Shown: positions 49,942 to 59,813, counted from the stretch's first letter. The stretch is 64,000 bases of DNA from Candidatus Methanomethylophilaceae archaeon (GCA_050950505.1 JBMNHS010000001.1:928001-992000), one strand, 5' to 3'. Notes: a model not told the origin generated them from the letters alone. A program made the numbers and translations.

Positions 49942-52097
49942 TCCTCCAACCTCCATCCTTCCACCGCCGGGACCAGCAGCATATTCGCAAGTTTGCGTCC
50001 GAACTTCAAAACCCCGTCCAGTCCAACGTCGGGTCTGCTGTAACTCATTATTTTGGCATCAAGGGACGTCAGACCGCTGTCAGTTAGAATGAGGTCGGGT
50101 TTAAACTTGTCAACGTCCGACTTCAAATCCAGTATGTCGTAATCTTCGGCATAGGGAATTCCCAATCCGTCATATCTCGGATCGAGACCCTCTTTCCGTT
50201 CGTGTCTCGGCCCCATGCCTATTTTGACGATTTCCACATCCAAGTCCGACAGTATTTCCAAAAGCCAGAACATGTCCGGGGTGAATCTGTTCTCGATGAT
50301 GACGCGTTTCCCTTTCAGCTTTTTCTTCAGCCTTTCCACTTCAGAAAGATATTTTCTTTCCCCCTGTTTGCAAACTTCTTCGGCTTTGTTTTCTATGCCG
50401 AAAAGATTTCCTATCTTTTTATGGAATTCTTTGTAACTTCTGAGTCCGACGGGCAGCGTCTCTTTTTCGACCCGCAGACCGGTTTTGGACTCGAAGAGAC
50501 GGACTATGCTCTTCGATTCGGATTCATCGGAAGCGGCGAAGGTAAATTTCCCTTTCTTTATGTTCTTCATGGAATCCATGGATGTTTCATACATGAATCT
50601 GCAATTTATCCGTATTCCGAGTTCGGAGAACAAATCGGCGGTGCTTTTATCCGGAAGACGTCCCCGTCTGAAGAGATATCTTTCGGCCACGGTGTTTACC
50701 GTCATGTCCTCGGAAATCACGTCATTATCCACGATGTCGAGCATAGCCTCGGCGGATGCGATGTACCCTTCACCCATGTCCCCGGTAATGTTTCCGTCCG
50801 CTTCGATGATTCTGAAATAAAGTTCAGGGTATTCGTTGCTTACGGCGTTCACGACATCCATCGCATTGTCTCCGATTATTCCCGAAGCGCAGGTCGTCAC
50901 AATAAAGAAACTCTTATGTCCCTCCAGTATCAAATCCCGTATCTTCTGTTCAAGGGATCCCGCCCCTCCGAACACCGATATGGTGTCATCCATTTCGGTG
51001 GAGTGCACGTTTGAAGACCGGAAATCCGTGCCGTGTCCTCTCTTGATTTCGGCAATGACCTTCAAAGTGTACATTATATGGGCGCAGCTTCTGGGCCCGT
51101 GAACAATAATGACGGCATCGGTGACGGACATACATCCGTACACGGCCCCGACGGCGGCACAATAGTTGATTATCTTTTTCTTGGTGGTTGTTTTTTTCCC
51201 GGTTGTCGTTTTCATGCAGGCAAGACAGCCTTCCGGCAACAGATTCGGCATTCCGCGGTTTCCGAGGACGCGTTCCCCTTTGGCTATCCTGCCCATTTCT
51301 GCATCGTCAAGCGGATAAGAGCCCAGGAGTTCGGTTTCACCGTTTTTTATACTCAGTATGTGTGACGATATCTTCTCAAACTCTTTTGCGGAATCGGAAT
51401 CGGGATAAAGTTCCGACACGGTCTTTCCCGCAGATTCCGCCTCTGCGAAATATTCACTTCTGGGAATGCGGGCGACAATCGGCAATCCCACGGCTTCGGC
51501 GAACCTTTCCACCATGTCATATTCGTTCTCCATTCCTCTGTGGTTCAGTATTATACCGGCGACTCTCGGAGTCCCCTTGTCAAAATTTCTTATCCCTTTC
51601 AGTATGTTGTTGGCGGCGTAGACCGACATGAATTCCCCGGAAGTGACCAGATAGACGCCGTCCGCATATTCGTTTCTCAAAGGTACGGCGAACCCGCCGC
51701 AAACCACATCGCCGAGGACATCGTATATTTTTACATCTAAATCCAAACCCTCCACGCCCAGATTCTTAAGGGTTTCGAATGTGCTGAGTATTCCTCTTCC
51801 CGCGCAGCCTATGCCCGGTTCCGGTCCGCCGGCTTCCACGCACCGTATGCCCCTCACGCCGTTAAGCACTATGTCCTCAAGATGTCTGTCGTACGGCGGA
51901 GTCTTTCTCATATAGTCGAGGACAGTCGTCTGCTCGTTTCCGTCCAAAAGTAGCCGTGTGGAATCATGTTTCGGATCGCATCCGATTTGGAGTACTTTCT
52001 TTCCCATTCCTGCCAGTATATAGGATATGTTGGCGGACACCGTGGATTTGCCTATGCCGCCTTTGCCGTAAACGGCAATCTGAAGGGCTCCGTTCAT
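49938..52097 (-). CDS. NifH-like reductase fused to a nitrogenase component 1-like domain
   Basis: YGKGGIGKST, GCDPKHDST, GGPEPGIGCAGRG, DVVCGGFAVP; then CAAVGA, HGPRSC, VFGG, TTCASGIIGD. Confidence 0.92.
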   Translation of the reverse strand: MNGALQIAVYGKGGIGKSTVSANISYILAGMGKKVLQIGCDPKHDSTRLLLDGNEQTTVLDYMRKTPPYDRHLEDIVLNGVRGIRCVEAGGPEPGIGCAGRGILSTFETLKNLGVEGLDLDVKIYDVLGDVVCGGFAVPLRNEYADGVYLVTSGEFMSVYAANNILKGIRNFDKGTPRVAGIILNHRGMENEYDMVERFAEAVGLPIVARIPRSEYFAEAESAGKTVSELYPDSDSAKEFEKISSHILSIKNGETELLGSYPLDDAEMGRIAKGERVLGNRGMPNLLPEGCLACMKTTTGKKTTTKKKIINYCAAVGAVYGCMSVTDAVIIVHGPRSCAHIMYTLKVIAEIKRGHGTDFRSSNVHSTEMDDTISVFGGAGSLEQKIRDLILEGHKSFFIVTTCASGIIGDNAMDVVNAVSNEYPELYFRIIEADGNITGDMGEGYIASAEAMLDIVDNDVISEDMTVNTVAERYLFRRGRLPDKSTADLFSELGIRINCRFMYETSMDSMKNIKKGKFTFAASDESESKSIVRLFESKTGLRVEKETLPVGLRSYKEFHKKIGNLFGIENKAEEVCKQGERKYLSEVERLKKKLKGKRVIIENRFTPDMFWLLEILSDLDVEIVKIGMGPRHERKEGLDPRYDGLGIPYAEDYDILDLKSDVDKFKPDLILTDSGLTSLDAKIMSYSRPDVGLDGVLKFGRKLANMLLVPAVEGWRLEE

Positions 52098-52582
52098 ATG
52101 GTGGAATATACATCCAATTTAAATAAAAGGCTTGGAATTTTTAGGCTTGTAGGGGAGTATTGGGAGCATCAGTGTTTTATGCCAAGCAATTTAAAAATTT
52201 CTCTCTTTTCGGTCACGATGCACAGATTAATTTTCTCTTTGCAAATATGAAACATTCCGAGTGCTGTGACAAGCCGGGAGCCACGTGCATGTTTTATTTT
52301 CAAAAGACTTGGTTCGACAATCATTGCAGACGTATCAATATCTTCAAACATTACACAGACGGGCCTAAAATTGTTTTTAATCCGAACAGGAGTTTTTTCT
52401 GTTAACGATTCAACATACGGATTGTTCTTTCCTGTGTCGTCGATATTTTCGACCGGTGGGTGCCTGAACGAATATTATATTATTCTTTTTACGTTTTTTA
52501 TATTTGATATAAATACAGATGAACATTTATAGTTAGATGACCATAAATGGGTAAGGCAACGCCTTACAAATTTGGTGATGTT

Positions 52583-54781
52583 ATGAGGTTAAAATCTCTG
52601 TTGGCGGCATTGATTGCTGTAGCGATGATTTCCGTACCCTTTGCGGCAGTCGTCGGAGTACAGGATGTTTATGCCGATGATGGTGAAGACGCAGGTGTCA
52701 AAGTCGGAGATGCCTGGGGATTCAGCGCGACTTTGGATTCGTTTGATGATTTTGAAGAATTCGGAGAATCTTTGGAGGAGATACTCGGAGAATTCTTCGG
52801 TGAAGAGGGTGAAGAATTCTCACTTTTGGATTTTATCATGGATATCTTAAGTCCTGATGAATATGCCGATGAAGACGACGGCGAAGGAGAAGGTTCCGAT
52901 TTTGATGAACTTCTCAGTGAAGAGGATTTGGAAATCATTTTGGATATCTTTGAAAAGTTGGCTACACTTAAGTTCAATATCGTCATTGCAGGAATCATTG
53001 AAGTCACACAGGCTGACGAAAACGGATACACCGTGTCTGTCGATGCAGGCGTCAGCGCTGATGTTTCATTGAAAGTGGACATCAACAGTCTCGAAAAGAT
53101 GTATGAAGAGATAGCGGAAATGATTCCCGAAGAAGGCGAAGGAGACTACAGCGAAATCTGGGAGACGATTGAACACATTCTTGAAATGGCACCCGACTAC
53201 ATCGGAGACGGCAAACTGTTTGTCAAACTCGATCTCCTGCTCGCTTTGATGTTGTCCGGGACTGTCATGTATGATTCCGATTGGGAATTAAAGAACGCAG
53301 ACATTTCCACCGATCTTGTCGGTACGGTCGGACTTGAAACGAATGTGGATATAGTCGGAACAATCTTTGAATTTATATTCAATGAAGATGATTCCTCGTT
53401 ACCCACGTCCCTGCTCCAATATTTGGATGACGGAGAAAGGGATGTCTACAGCGTCACGGTCGGATTATCCTTCGATAATACCGTGTATACCGTCGGTGAT
53501 TCCGTTCTGGATACTGTCGTTATGGGCATAACTGTCGATGCGGAAGCACCGGTATCCTTGCTTGTTGCGCTTAAATTTATACTCGAGATTCCGAATGAAA
53601 TATACCGGACGGGATCGAATCTGCAATTTAGTTTGGCTGATGCAAATGTAAGTTATGAGTACGGTTATGATGAAGCAATTCCTTTGCTCTATATCGTCGA
53701 TGAAGCCATCTATCTAACAGTTATCAAAGCTGATGAGGCGGATGATGCTGACGGAGACAAGTCTGTACTTTTCCTGGAAGGACCGGATAAGACTGCCGTT
53801 CGCAACGATTTCAAGAAAGTCAAAAACACATACAACGGCATGGTTTCCAAGGTTGGTCCTTCCAATGTAACATTATATGGTCTGGAATATGACGAAGAAG
53901 AGGACGAATTCGAATTTGTCGTGTCGGAGAAAATTGAGGTTCCCTTTAACAAGAGGATGACGAATCTCCCGGTCCTGGATAATCTTGTTCTCGGAGAAGA
54001 AGATGAGTATGTTGAGTACAAGCATGTCGGATGGGGGTGCATCAATACGGAACCCGGAGACGTCGTGGAATACGACGACTACGAGGATATGACAATCTGG
54101 AATCCTGCCTGGAAAGTAAAGGGAGACCTAAAACTGTATCCGATATATGCATACGTATACGAAGATTTAGAAGATACGCTCGGTTACTTGAGTTCCATTT
54201 TCTACTTCGATCTTGTTTATGTCAAAGTAGATATCAACGAACTTGATGATGTCGGCTTGGATTTCGAATCTGGAGCACTTCTGTATATCGACGTGTACGA
54301 TGGAGACAAGTTCCTTTACACATGGAAGATAGGCAGTCCCAATGGAATATGGGGTGGAGAGATAACCAACTTCAGGATTGGAGTTTTGAATGAAGGAGAT
54401 CTTTTCAATGAAGCCAAGAAAGAACTTGACGGATCCGTTCTGTTCCTGAACTTCAGTTCATCGGGAACGACACCGTTTGGGACCACCGTGAGCTACAACG
54501 TTGAAGGAGTGTTCAGCGACGGCACGGAACTGTATGTGTATCTTGTGCTCGAAAACGAGGAAGGAAAATTCCTGGGATTGGAACCCATGGGTATTTACGT
54601 TGTTGACGGCAACACGGTTCTGTTCAATGTACCTCACTGTTCCGTATACGCATTGAGCGCAATACCCCAGTCCTCTTCATCCGATGGCGGGTTGTCCACG
54701 AGTGTATACGCAATAGTTGCCGTGGTCGCAATCCTTCTGGTTGCGGGTGTGGCGTACGTCATGTTCAGCAGGAGGGGCTGA
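52583..54781 (+). CDS. Acidic surface protein with signal peptide and C-terminal TM anchor (paralog A)
   Basis: GGTGA RBS, signal peptide, D/E-rich body, VPHCSVYA then TM helix ending SRRG. Confidence 0.85.
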   Translation: MRLKSLLAALIAVAMISVPFAAVVGVQDVYADDGEDAGVKVGDAWGFSATLDSFDDFEEFGESLEEILGEFFGEEGEEFSLLDFIMDILSPDEYADEDDGEGEGSDFDELLSEEDLEIILDIFEKLATLKFNIVIAGIIEVTQADENGYTVSVDAGVSADVSLKVDINSLEKMYEEIAEMIPEEGEGDYSEIWETIEHILEMAPDYIGDGKLFVKLDLLLALMLSGTVMYDSDWELKNADISTDLVGTVGLETNVDIVGTIFEFIFNEDDSSLPTSLLQYLDDGERDVYSVTVGLSFDNTVYTVGDSVLDTVVMGITVDAEAPVSLLVALKFILEIPNEIYRTGSNLQFSLADANVSYEYGYDEAIPLLYIVDEAIYLTVIKADEADDADGDKSVLFLEGPDKTAVRNDFKKVKNTYNGMVSKVGPSNVTLYGLEYDEEEDEFEFVVSEKIEVPFNKRMTNLPVLDNLVLGEEDEYVEYKHVGWGCINTEPGDVVEYDDYEDMTIWNPAWKVKGDLKLYPIYAYVYEDLEDTLGYLSSIFYFDLVYVKVDINELDDVGLDFESGALLYIDVYDGDKFLYTWKIGSPNGIWGGEITNFRIGVLNEGDLFNEAKKELDGSVLFLNFSSSGTTPFGTTVSYNVEGVFSDGTELYVYLVLENEEGKFLGLEPMGIYVVDGNTVLFNVPHCSVYALSAIPQSSSSDGGLSTSVYAIVAVVAILLVAGVAYVMFSRRG

Positions 54782-54794
54782 AATAAACTCTAAA

Positions 54795-54825
54795 ACCGGG
54801 GCAATTCCCCGGTAATTATTTTTTT
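54795..54825 (+). terminator. Hairpin plus T-run terminator
   Basis: ACCGGGG-CAATT-CCCCGGT then a T-rich tract. Confidence 0.7.
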
Positions 54826-55328
54826 ATTATGATGCTTTTGCGTCATAGAGCGGACGTTCGTACGCTATGAAATATGACCGTCACTGACGTATGCGTAAGA
54901 TTGTGACACGGTATTTTTGATTATTGGTATCGTCAATCACCCTGTGATAAAAATTTCCATTTTCGGTTTCATGTGTTATGGAATTTTCGTTGTCCGTGAC
55001 GGTGTAAAACGCAACGTTAATTCAAGCATCTCAAATCCCTGCATATCAATGACGAATGTTTCTTTTGAATCCTATCTTAAAATATCTGAATTATGCCTAA
55101 TTTAAAACGGTTATCTTATGATTATTTCATAAACGGTTCAACTTGGAATGATGCCGTCATACGCATGGACGCGATCGGTTTGCGTTGACACACATATTAT
55201 ATAGTATTGTTTTTTAATATTATTATATTGCGAAAAGAATATAAATTAGCATTTATAGTTAAATAGCGTTAACACAATAGGGTAATGCCTTACAAAATTT
55301 GGAATGTCTTATGAGGTTTGGTGATGTT

Positions 55329-57525
55329 ATGAGGTTAAAATCTCTGTTGGCGGCATTGATTGCTGTAGCGATGATTTCCGTACCCTTTGCGGCAGTCGTC
55401 GGAGTACAGGATGTTTATGCCGATGAAAGTGAAGAGTTAGACGTCAAAGTCGGAGATGCCTGGGGATTCAGCGCGACTTTGAATTCGTTTGATGATTTTG
55501 AAGAATTCGGAGAATCTTTGGAGGATATACTCGGTGAATTATTCGGCGAAGGTTTCACTGTTACAGATCTTCTGGAAATGATTCTCGGTTCCGGTGACGA
55601 TGATGACGATGACGAAGACGATTTTGATTTCAGCAGTCTTTTCGATATCGGCGAAGATGACTTGAAAATTCTTTTGGAAATCTTTAATGCGTTGGAAATA
55701 ATTGATTTCAATATCGTCATCGCAGGAATCATTGAAGTCATACAGGCTGACGAAACTGGATACGCAATTGCTGTCGATGCAGGCGTCAGTGCTGAGGTTT
55801 CATTGAACATCGAAGAGAATCTTGTCGATATACTCGGTACCGTAGAGGATTTGGCTCCTCACGAATACGATGATGACAGTATCTGGAATAAAATCATTTC
55901 ACTTCTTGGGGAAGACAGTTTCTTCGGAACGGGCGATTTGCTTGTCGATCTCAATCTCTCGCTCGCTTTGATGTTATCCGGAATAATCAAGCTCGATCCC
56001 GATTGGAATCTAAAGCACGTAGAATTTTCTGTTGACATCGTCGGCACGGCTAGCCTTGAAACCAATATAGACCTGTACGGAACATTGGTTGGAATAATTG
56101 ACGCCTTTAATAACCTTGGAGATCCCGATTACACGATGCCCACTGTTGAATATTTGGATGACGGTACAGACGTTTTCAGTTTCGAGATTAGATACTCCAC
56201 CGATACTGCCACATATTTTGGTAAAGATATCATAAACAGATACTAATGTCATGGGCTTCACCATTGATGTGACTGCACCGGAGGCAATACTTTCGATTTT
56301 ATCCCTTATTACGGGCAAATTGTGTGATGAGGGAGAAACATCCCTGGAATTCAGTACCGCAAACGTGGAAACCCAGTACGGTGTCCAAGATTCTTCGGAT
56401 AGTTCCGAACTCGAATTTATTCGCTCTATAGTGAGCCTCGGTAATGAGTCCGGTCTTTTCCTGGAAGACACGGGAAAGACTGCCGTTCGCAACGATTTCA
56501 GGAAAGTCGAAGACGCATATAGTGGTCTGGTTTCCGAGTTCGGCCCCTGCAAAGTGACCTTTTGTGACATTGCGTATGATGAAGATACCCCGGATGAACC
56601 GGATTTCGTTGTGTTGAGTGAAATTGATGTTCCCTTTAATGGAAAAATTACAGGTTTTCCCGTTTTAGATAATGTCACTTATGACGAGGGAGCCACAATG
56701 TACAAGCATGTCGGATGGGGGTATGTTCCAGTTGAATACAGGGATTGTGATTACGGAGAGTATTATAATTTCATGATAAACTGGAATCCTGCCTGGAAAG
56801 TAAAGGGAGATGTGAATCTGTACCCCATATTCGCAAAGATACACACAAGTCTGGCTGATGCGCTCGATGAGTTAGGGAATGATTATGAGCCGTTCCATTA
56901 TGCCAAGGTTGACATCAGCAATTTGACAGATGATGGCGAATATCTCTTTGATGCATACGGAACTCTGTTTGTTGAAGTGTACGATGGCAACAAGTACCTT
57001 TACACCTGGATTATATCGGGCGACGAATCGGACGAGGACGATGGATTGATAACCAACTTCGGAATCAACACTCTGGAAGAAGGGAGTCTTTTCAATGACG
57101 CCATGGGCGAATTTGACGGATCCGTTCTGTTTCTGAACTTCAGTTCGTCAGGACCGACGCCTTCGGGAACTGCCGTGAGCTACAACGTCGAAGGTGTGTT
57201 TGAAGACGGTATGGAAGTGTATGTGTATCTGGTGCTTGAAGACGATGACGGTGCCTTCCTTGGATTGAAACTTATGGGTGTTTACGTCGTCGACGGCAAC
57301 GCGGTTCTGTTTAACGTGCCTCATTGTTCCGTATACGCACTGAACGCAATACCTCAGCCCTCTGACCCGTCCAACGACGGTCCGTCGACCGATGACAATC
57401 CGCCCTCCGGTGAAGGTTCATCATCCGATGGCGGTTTGTCCACGAACGTATACATGATAGTCGCTGTGGCCGCAATCCTTCTGGTTGCGGGTGTGGCGTA
57501 CGTCATGTTCAGCAGGAGGGGCTGA
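55329..57525 (+). pseudogene. Acidic surface protein paralog B, frameshifted near 56235
   Basis: ORFs 55329-56246 and 56251-57525 match the N- and C-halves of paralog A in different frames; 4 extra nt (AACA) relative to paralog A. Confidence 0.8.
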
Positions 57526-57539
57526 AACAAACCCTAAAA

Positions 57540-57572
57540 ACCGGGGCAAGTCCCCGGTATTTATTCTTTTTT
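57540..57572 (+). terminator. Hairpin plus T-run terminator (duplicate of 54795)
   Basis: ACCGGGG-CAAGT-CCCCGGT then a T-rich tract. Confidence 0.65.
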
Positions 57573-58046
57573 CAATCTTGATATTTTTCTGAGCTGGCCG
57601 ATATACAGTTCGTGCATCTCATTGGATTTCTTTTTCAGCGCGACGGCTTCCTTTTTCAGCCTGTGTGCTTCTCTGTTGCACTCATCAATCATTCTTTCGA
57701 ATTTTATCCGGTCCGATTCGGCTTTCTTTTCTTTCATGCGCATGCTTTTGGCCGCTTGGGAATACATGTTGATCTGATTCCTCTCGGTGGTCAGGTCCAA
57801 AGCGTTTTTGCCTTTCCGTTCATCATGCCGAGTCCTCCAGGATTCGGCTTTGTTCTCGGAATCCATGGCTTCCCTGGAACACTCATCCCTCATCTTGGAG
57901 GAATTTCCGGCTTTGGAAGACAGGGTTTTGACTTTTTTCACAAGAGCTCTGTGTTCGTCCATCATACGTTCCGATGCGGTGATGAGATTTTCGGCTTCCG
58001 ACCGGTACTCTTCTGCCAACCTTTCCGTTTCGGCAATCTCTTCCAT
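57561..58046 (-). CDS. Hypothetical coiled-coil protein
   Basis: 161-aa E/K/R-rich all-helical ORF. Confidence 0.7.
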   Translation of the reverse strand: MEEIAETERLAEEYRSEAENLITASERMMDEHRALVKKVKTLSSKAGNSSKMRDECSREAMDSENKAESWRTRHDERKGKNALDLTTERNQINMYSQAAKSMRMKEKKAESDRIKFERMIDECNREAHRLKKEAVALKKKSNEMHELYIGQLRKISRLKKE

Positions 58047-58120
58047 GTTCCGTTATATTTGTGTCTGATTTAATCCTGTGCGGGAAAAATGTATATCCTC
58101 GGTTCTGATTAACGGCATTC

Positions 58121-58369
58121 ATGTCCGATGAGAGTTACAAAAAATGCAGAACCTGCCGTTTCTGCGATCACGCCGACAGCAAGTGGATTTGTCGGTTCAC
58201 CGGCGAAAACAACGATTCCGACGGAACCTGTAATAAGTACAGGCCCGGAATCTGTGAAACATGCAACTCTTATTACATCGAAGACGGAAAAGAAATGTGC
58301 GGTATGAATTCCCGGGAAACCTTCGGACTGGATGTCTGTTCCATGTACGATCCCGGATATTCAGGATGA
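58121..58369 (+). CDS. Small Cys-rich protein with two CxxC..C..C repeats
   Basis: CRTCRFC..C..C.KY and CETC..C..C.MY; 9 Cys in 82 aa. Confidence 0.72.
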   Translation: MSDESYKKCRTCRFCDHADSKWICRFTGENNDSDGTCNKYRPGICETCNSYYIEDGKEMCGMNSRETFGLDVCSMYDPGYSG

Positions 58370-59347
58370 ACTTTTTTCGGCTTTGCGTCTGTTCAGGGAG
58401 TTTTTGACGCTGGATTTGGCATTGCTTCTTCCCATAAGGACATTCTTTGCCGTTTCCGGAATTCCAAGCATGACTATATTGTCCGTAACTCCGACGCAGG
58501 ATTCCATTTCTTTTCTGACCTGCGAATAGGAATTTTGCAGATTGCCGATCACGGAATTCATGATACCGGTTATCTCGTAGAGATTTTCATTGACGAAATC
58601 ATCTCTGTTTTTGAATTTACCGGAACATCGACCTGAGTTGCATACCGCATCTCCGTAAGCGGCGTCAAGTCCGCCGCGGTCTTCCATAAAATCGGAATAC
58701 CGTGCCAAAAACGGATTGTAGGTTCCGTCCAGATAATCATCGTTCAGATCGTCAACGGCATCCATAATGTACACTATGGAAGTCAAATGTTCAAACAGAT
58801 CCGCGGTGTGTTCGCTGAAACCTCCGCCGGATATGTCATCGAGAGGACGGGAAAGTGTTCTGCCGAATTCGGTGCCCATTCTGACGGCGTCGGTACATCC
58901 GTCCAATTCCATCTCCCTGAGCCTTCTGTATCCTTCGCCGACTATTCCGTCATATTCGGGATACAGCTCTTCGGCTTTCCGAATGGCTCGGTTCATGGCC
59001 AAAGAAATAAGTTTGGTTCTCGGGGAAGGTTTGTCGTAATCGTCGTCAACTAATTCCCATTTGGTAAGCAACACGGTATACCCCGCCATTTTTTGCATAA
59101 GATCCGATTTGGCATAAGGACCTCTGAAAACGCAAAAACTCGTTTTCGTGGATTCGAAATCCGTTATATCGCCGTATATGGAATTCAGCACTATGGTGTT
59201 GAATGTCATGTCGTAGTTCACGGCGGCCGTGGATATCAGGCCGAAGGAATCCCTCAGTCCGTGACAGGCTTCACAGTAATACCTACGGTAATCTATGAGG
59301 TCGTTGGCTGACAAACGGGGATACATAGGCAGTGTATATCCAAACAT
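58361..59347 (-). CDS. DUF5685 family protein
   Basis: MFGY, YRRYYC..CH.L..FG, NYD.TF, LVDDDYD, YIMDAVDDL.DD..G.YNPF. Confidence 0.85.
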   Translation of the reverse strand: MFGYTLPMYPRLSANDLIDYRRYYCEACHGLRDSFGLISTAAVNYDMTFNTIVLNSIYGDITDFESTKTSFCVFRGPYAKSDLMQKMAGYTVLLTKWELVDDDYDKPSPRTKLISLAMNRAIRKAEELYPEYDGIVGEGYRRLREMELDGCTDAVRMGTEFGRTLSRPLDDISGGGFSEHTADLFEHLTSIVYIMDAVDDLNDDYLDGTYNPFLARYSDFMEDRGGLDAAYGDAVCNSGRCSGKFKNRDDFVNENLYEITGIMNSVIGNLQNSYSQVRKEMESCVGVTDNIVMLGIPETAKNVLMGRSNAKSSVKNSLNRRKAEKSSS

Positions 59348-59437
59348 TCAATCCACCCCTAAACGGTCAAACGTTTAATATATTCGTATACGGTACCAGA
59401 TGATTATTTACGATACAGAGTATCGTCCGGTGAAATC

Positions 59438-59779
59438 ATGTCATGTGCATCAAAAGCTGATAAAAAAACTGCGGCGAAGACCGAAGTTGAACTAGAATCC
59501 GATGTTGTTGAAGAAACAGTCAAAGACAATCGGGTATTGATGACTAACAAAGTATACACGCGTCAGATGCCTGATGTGTTGCCGGAGAATTATAACGAGG
59601 CAGAGGACGAACGTTCGCTTCACGGCAACAGAAAATGTTACGATTGCTGCACGGACGAACACGGGTGCTGCAGTCCCGGCTGTACAATCTGTCTTGTGGG
59701 TGTGGCGGCCGTATGCTGCTTGCTCTGTTGCTACACAACAGACGGTTTCAACGGCATCTGGACTTACTGGCCGAACTGA
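59438..59779 (+). CDS. Cys-rich peptide; putative radical SAM substrate / RiPP precursor
   Basis: GGTGA RBS at 59429; charged N-terminal half; 11 Cys in residues 67-98; 34 bp upstream of the rSAM gene. Confidence 0.75.
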   Translation: MSCASKADKKTAAKTEVELESDVVEETVKDNRVLMTNKVYTRQMPDVLPENYNEAEDERSLHGNRKCYDCCTDEHGCCSPGCTICLVGVAAVCCLLCCYTTDGFNGIWTYWPN

Positions 59780-59813
59780 TGGTGTTCCATCCACTGTTTG
59801 AAACGGTGGTCTC

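Noticed and set aside
48676-52097. True nitrogenase (N2 fixation)
   Set aside because: No FeMo-cofactor ligand motifs recognisable, second chain lacks two P-cluster Cys, and no nifB/E/N nearby
56230-56246. Programmed -1 frameshift at A_AAC in paralog B
   Set aside because: Restoring the frame needs +1, not -1, and no stimulatory element is seen
10606-59429. TATCGTCCG immediately before the RBS of both the leu uORF (10606) and the Cys-rich peptide (59421)
   Set aside because: A single 9-mer match can easily arise by chance; no third instance noticed
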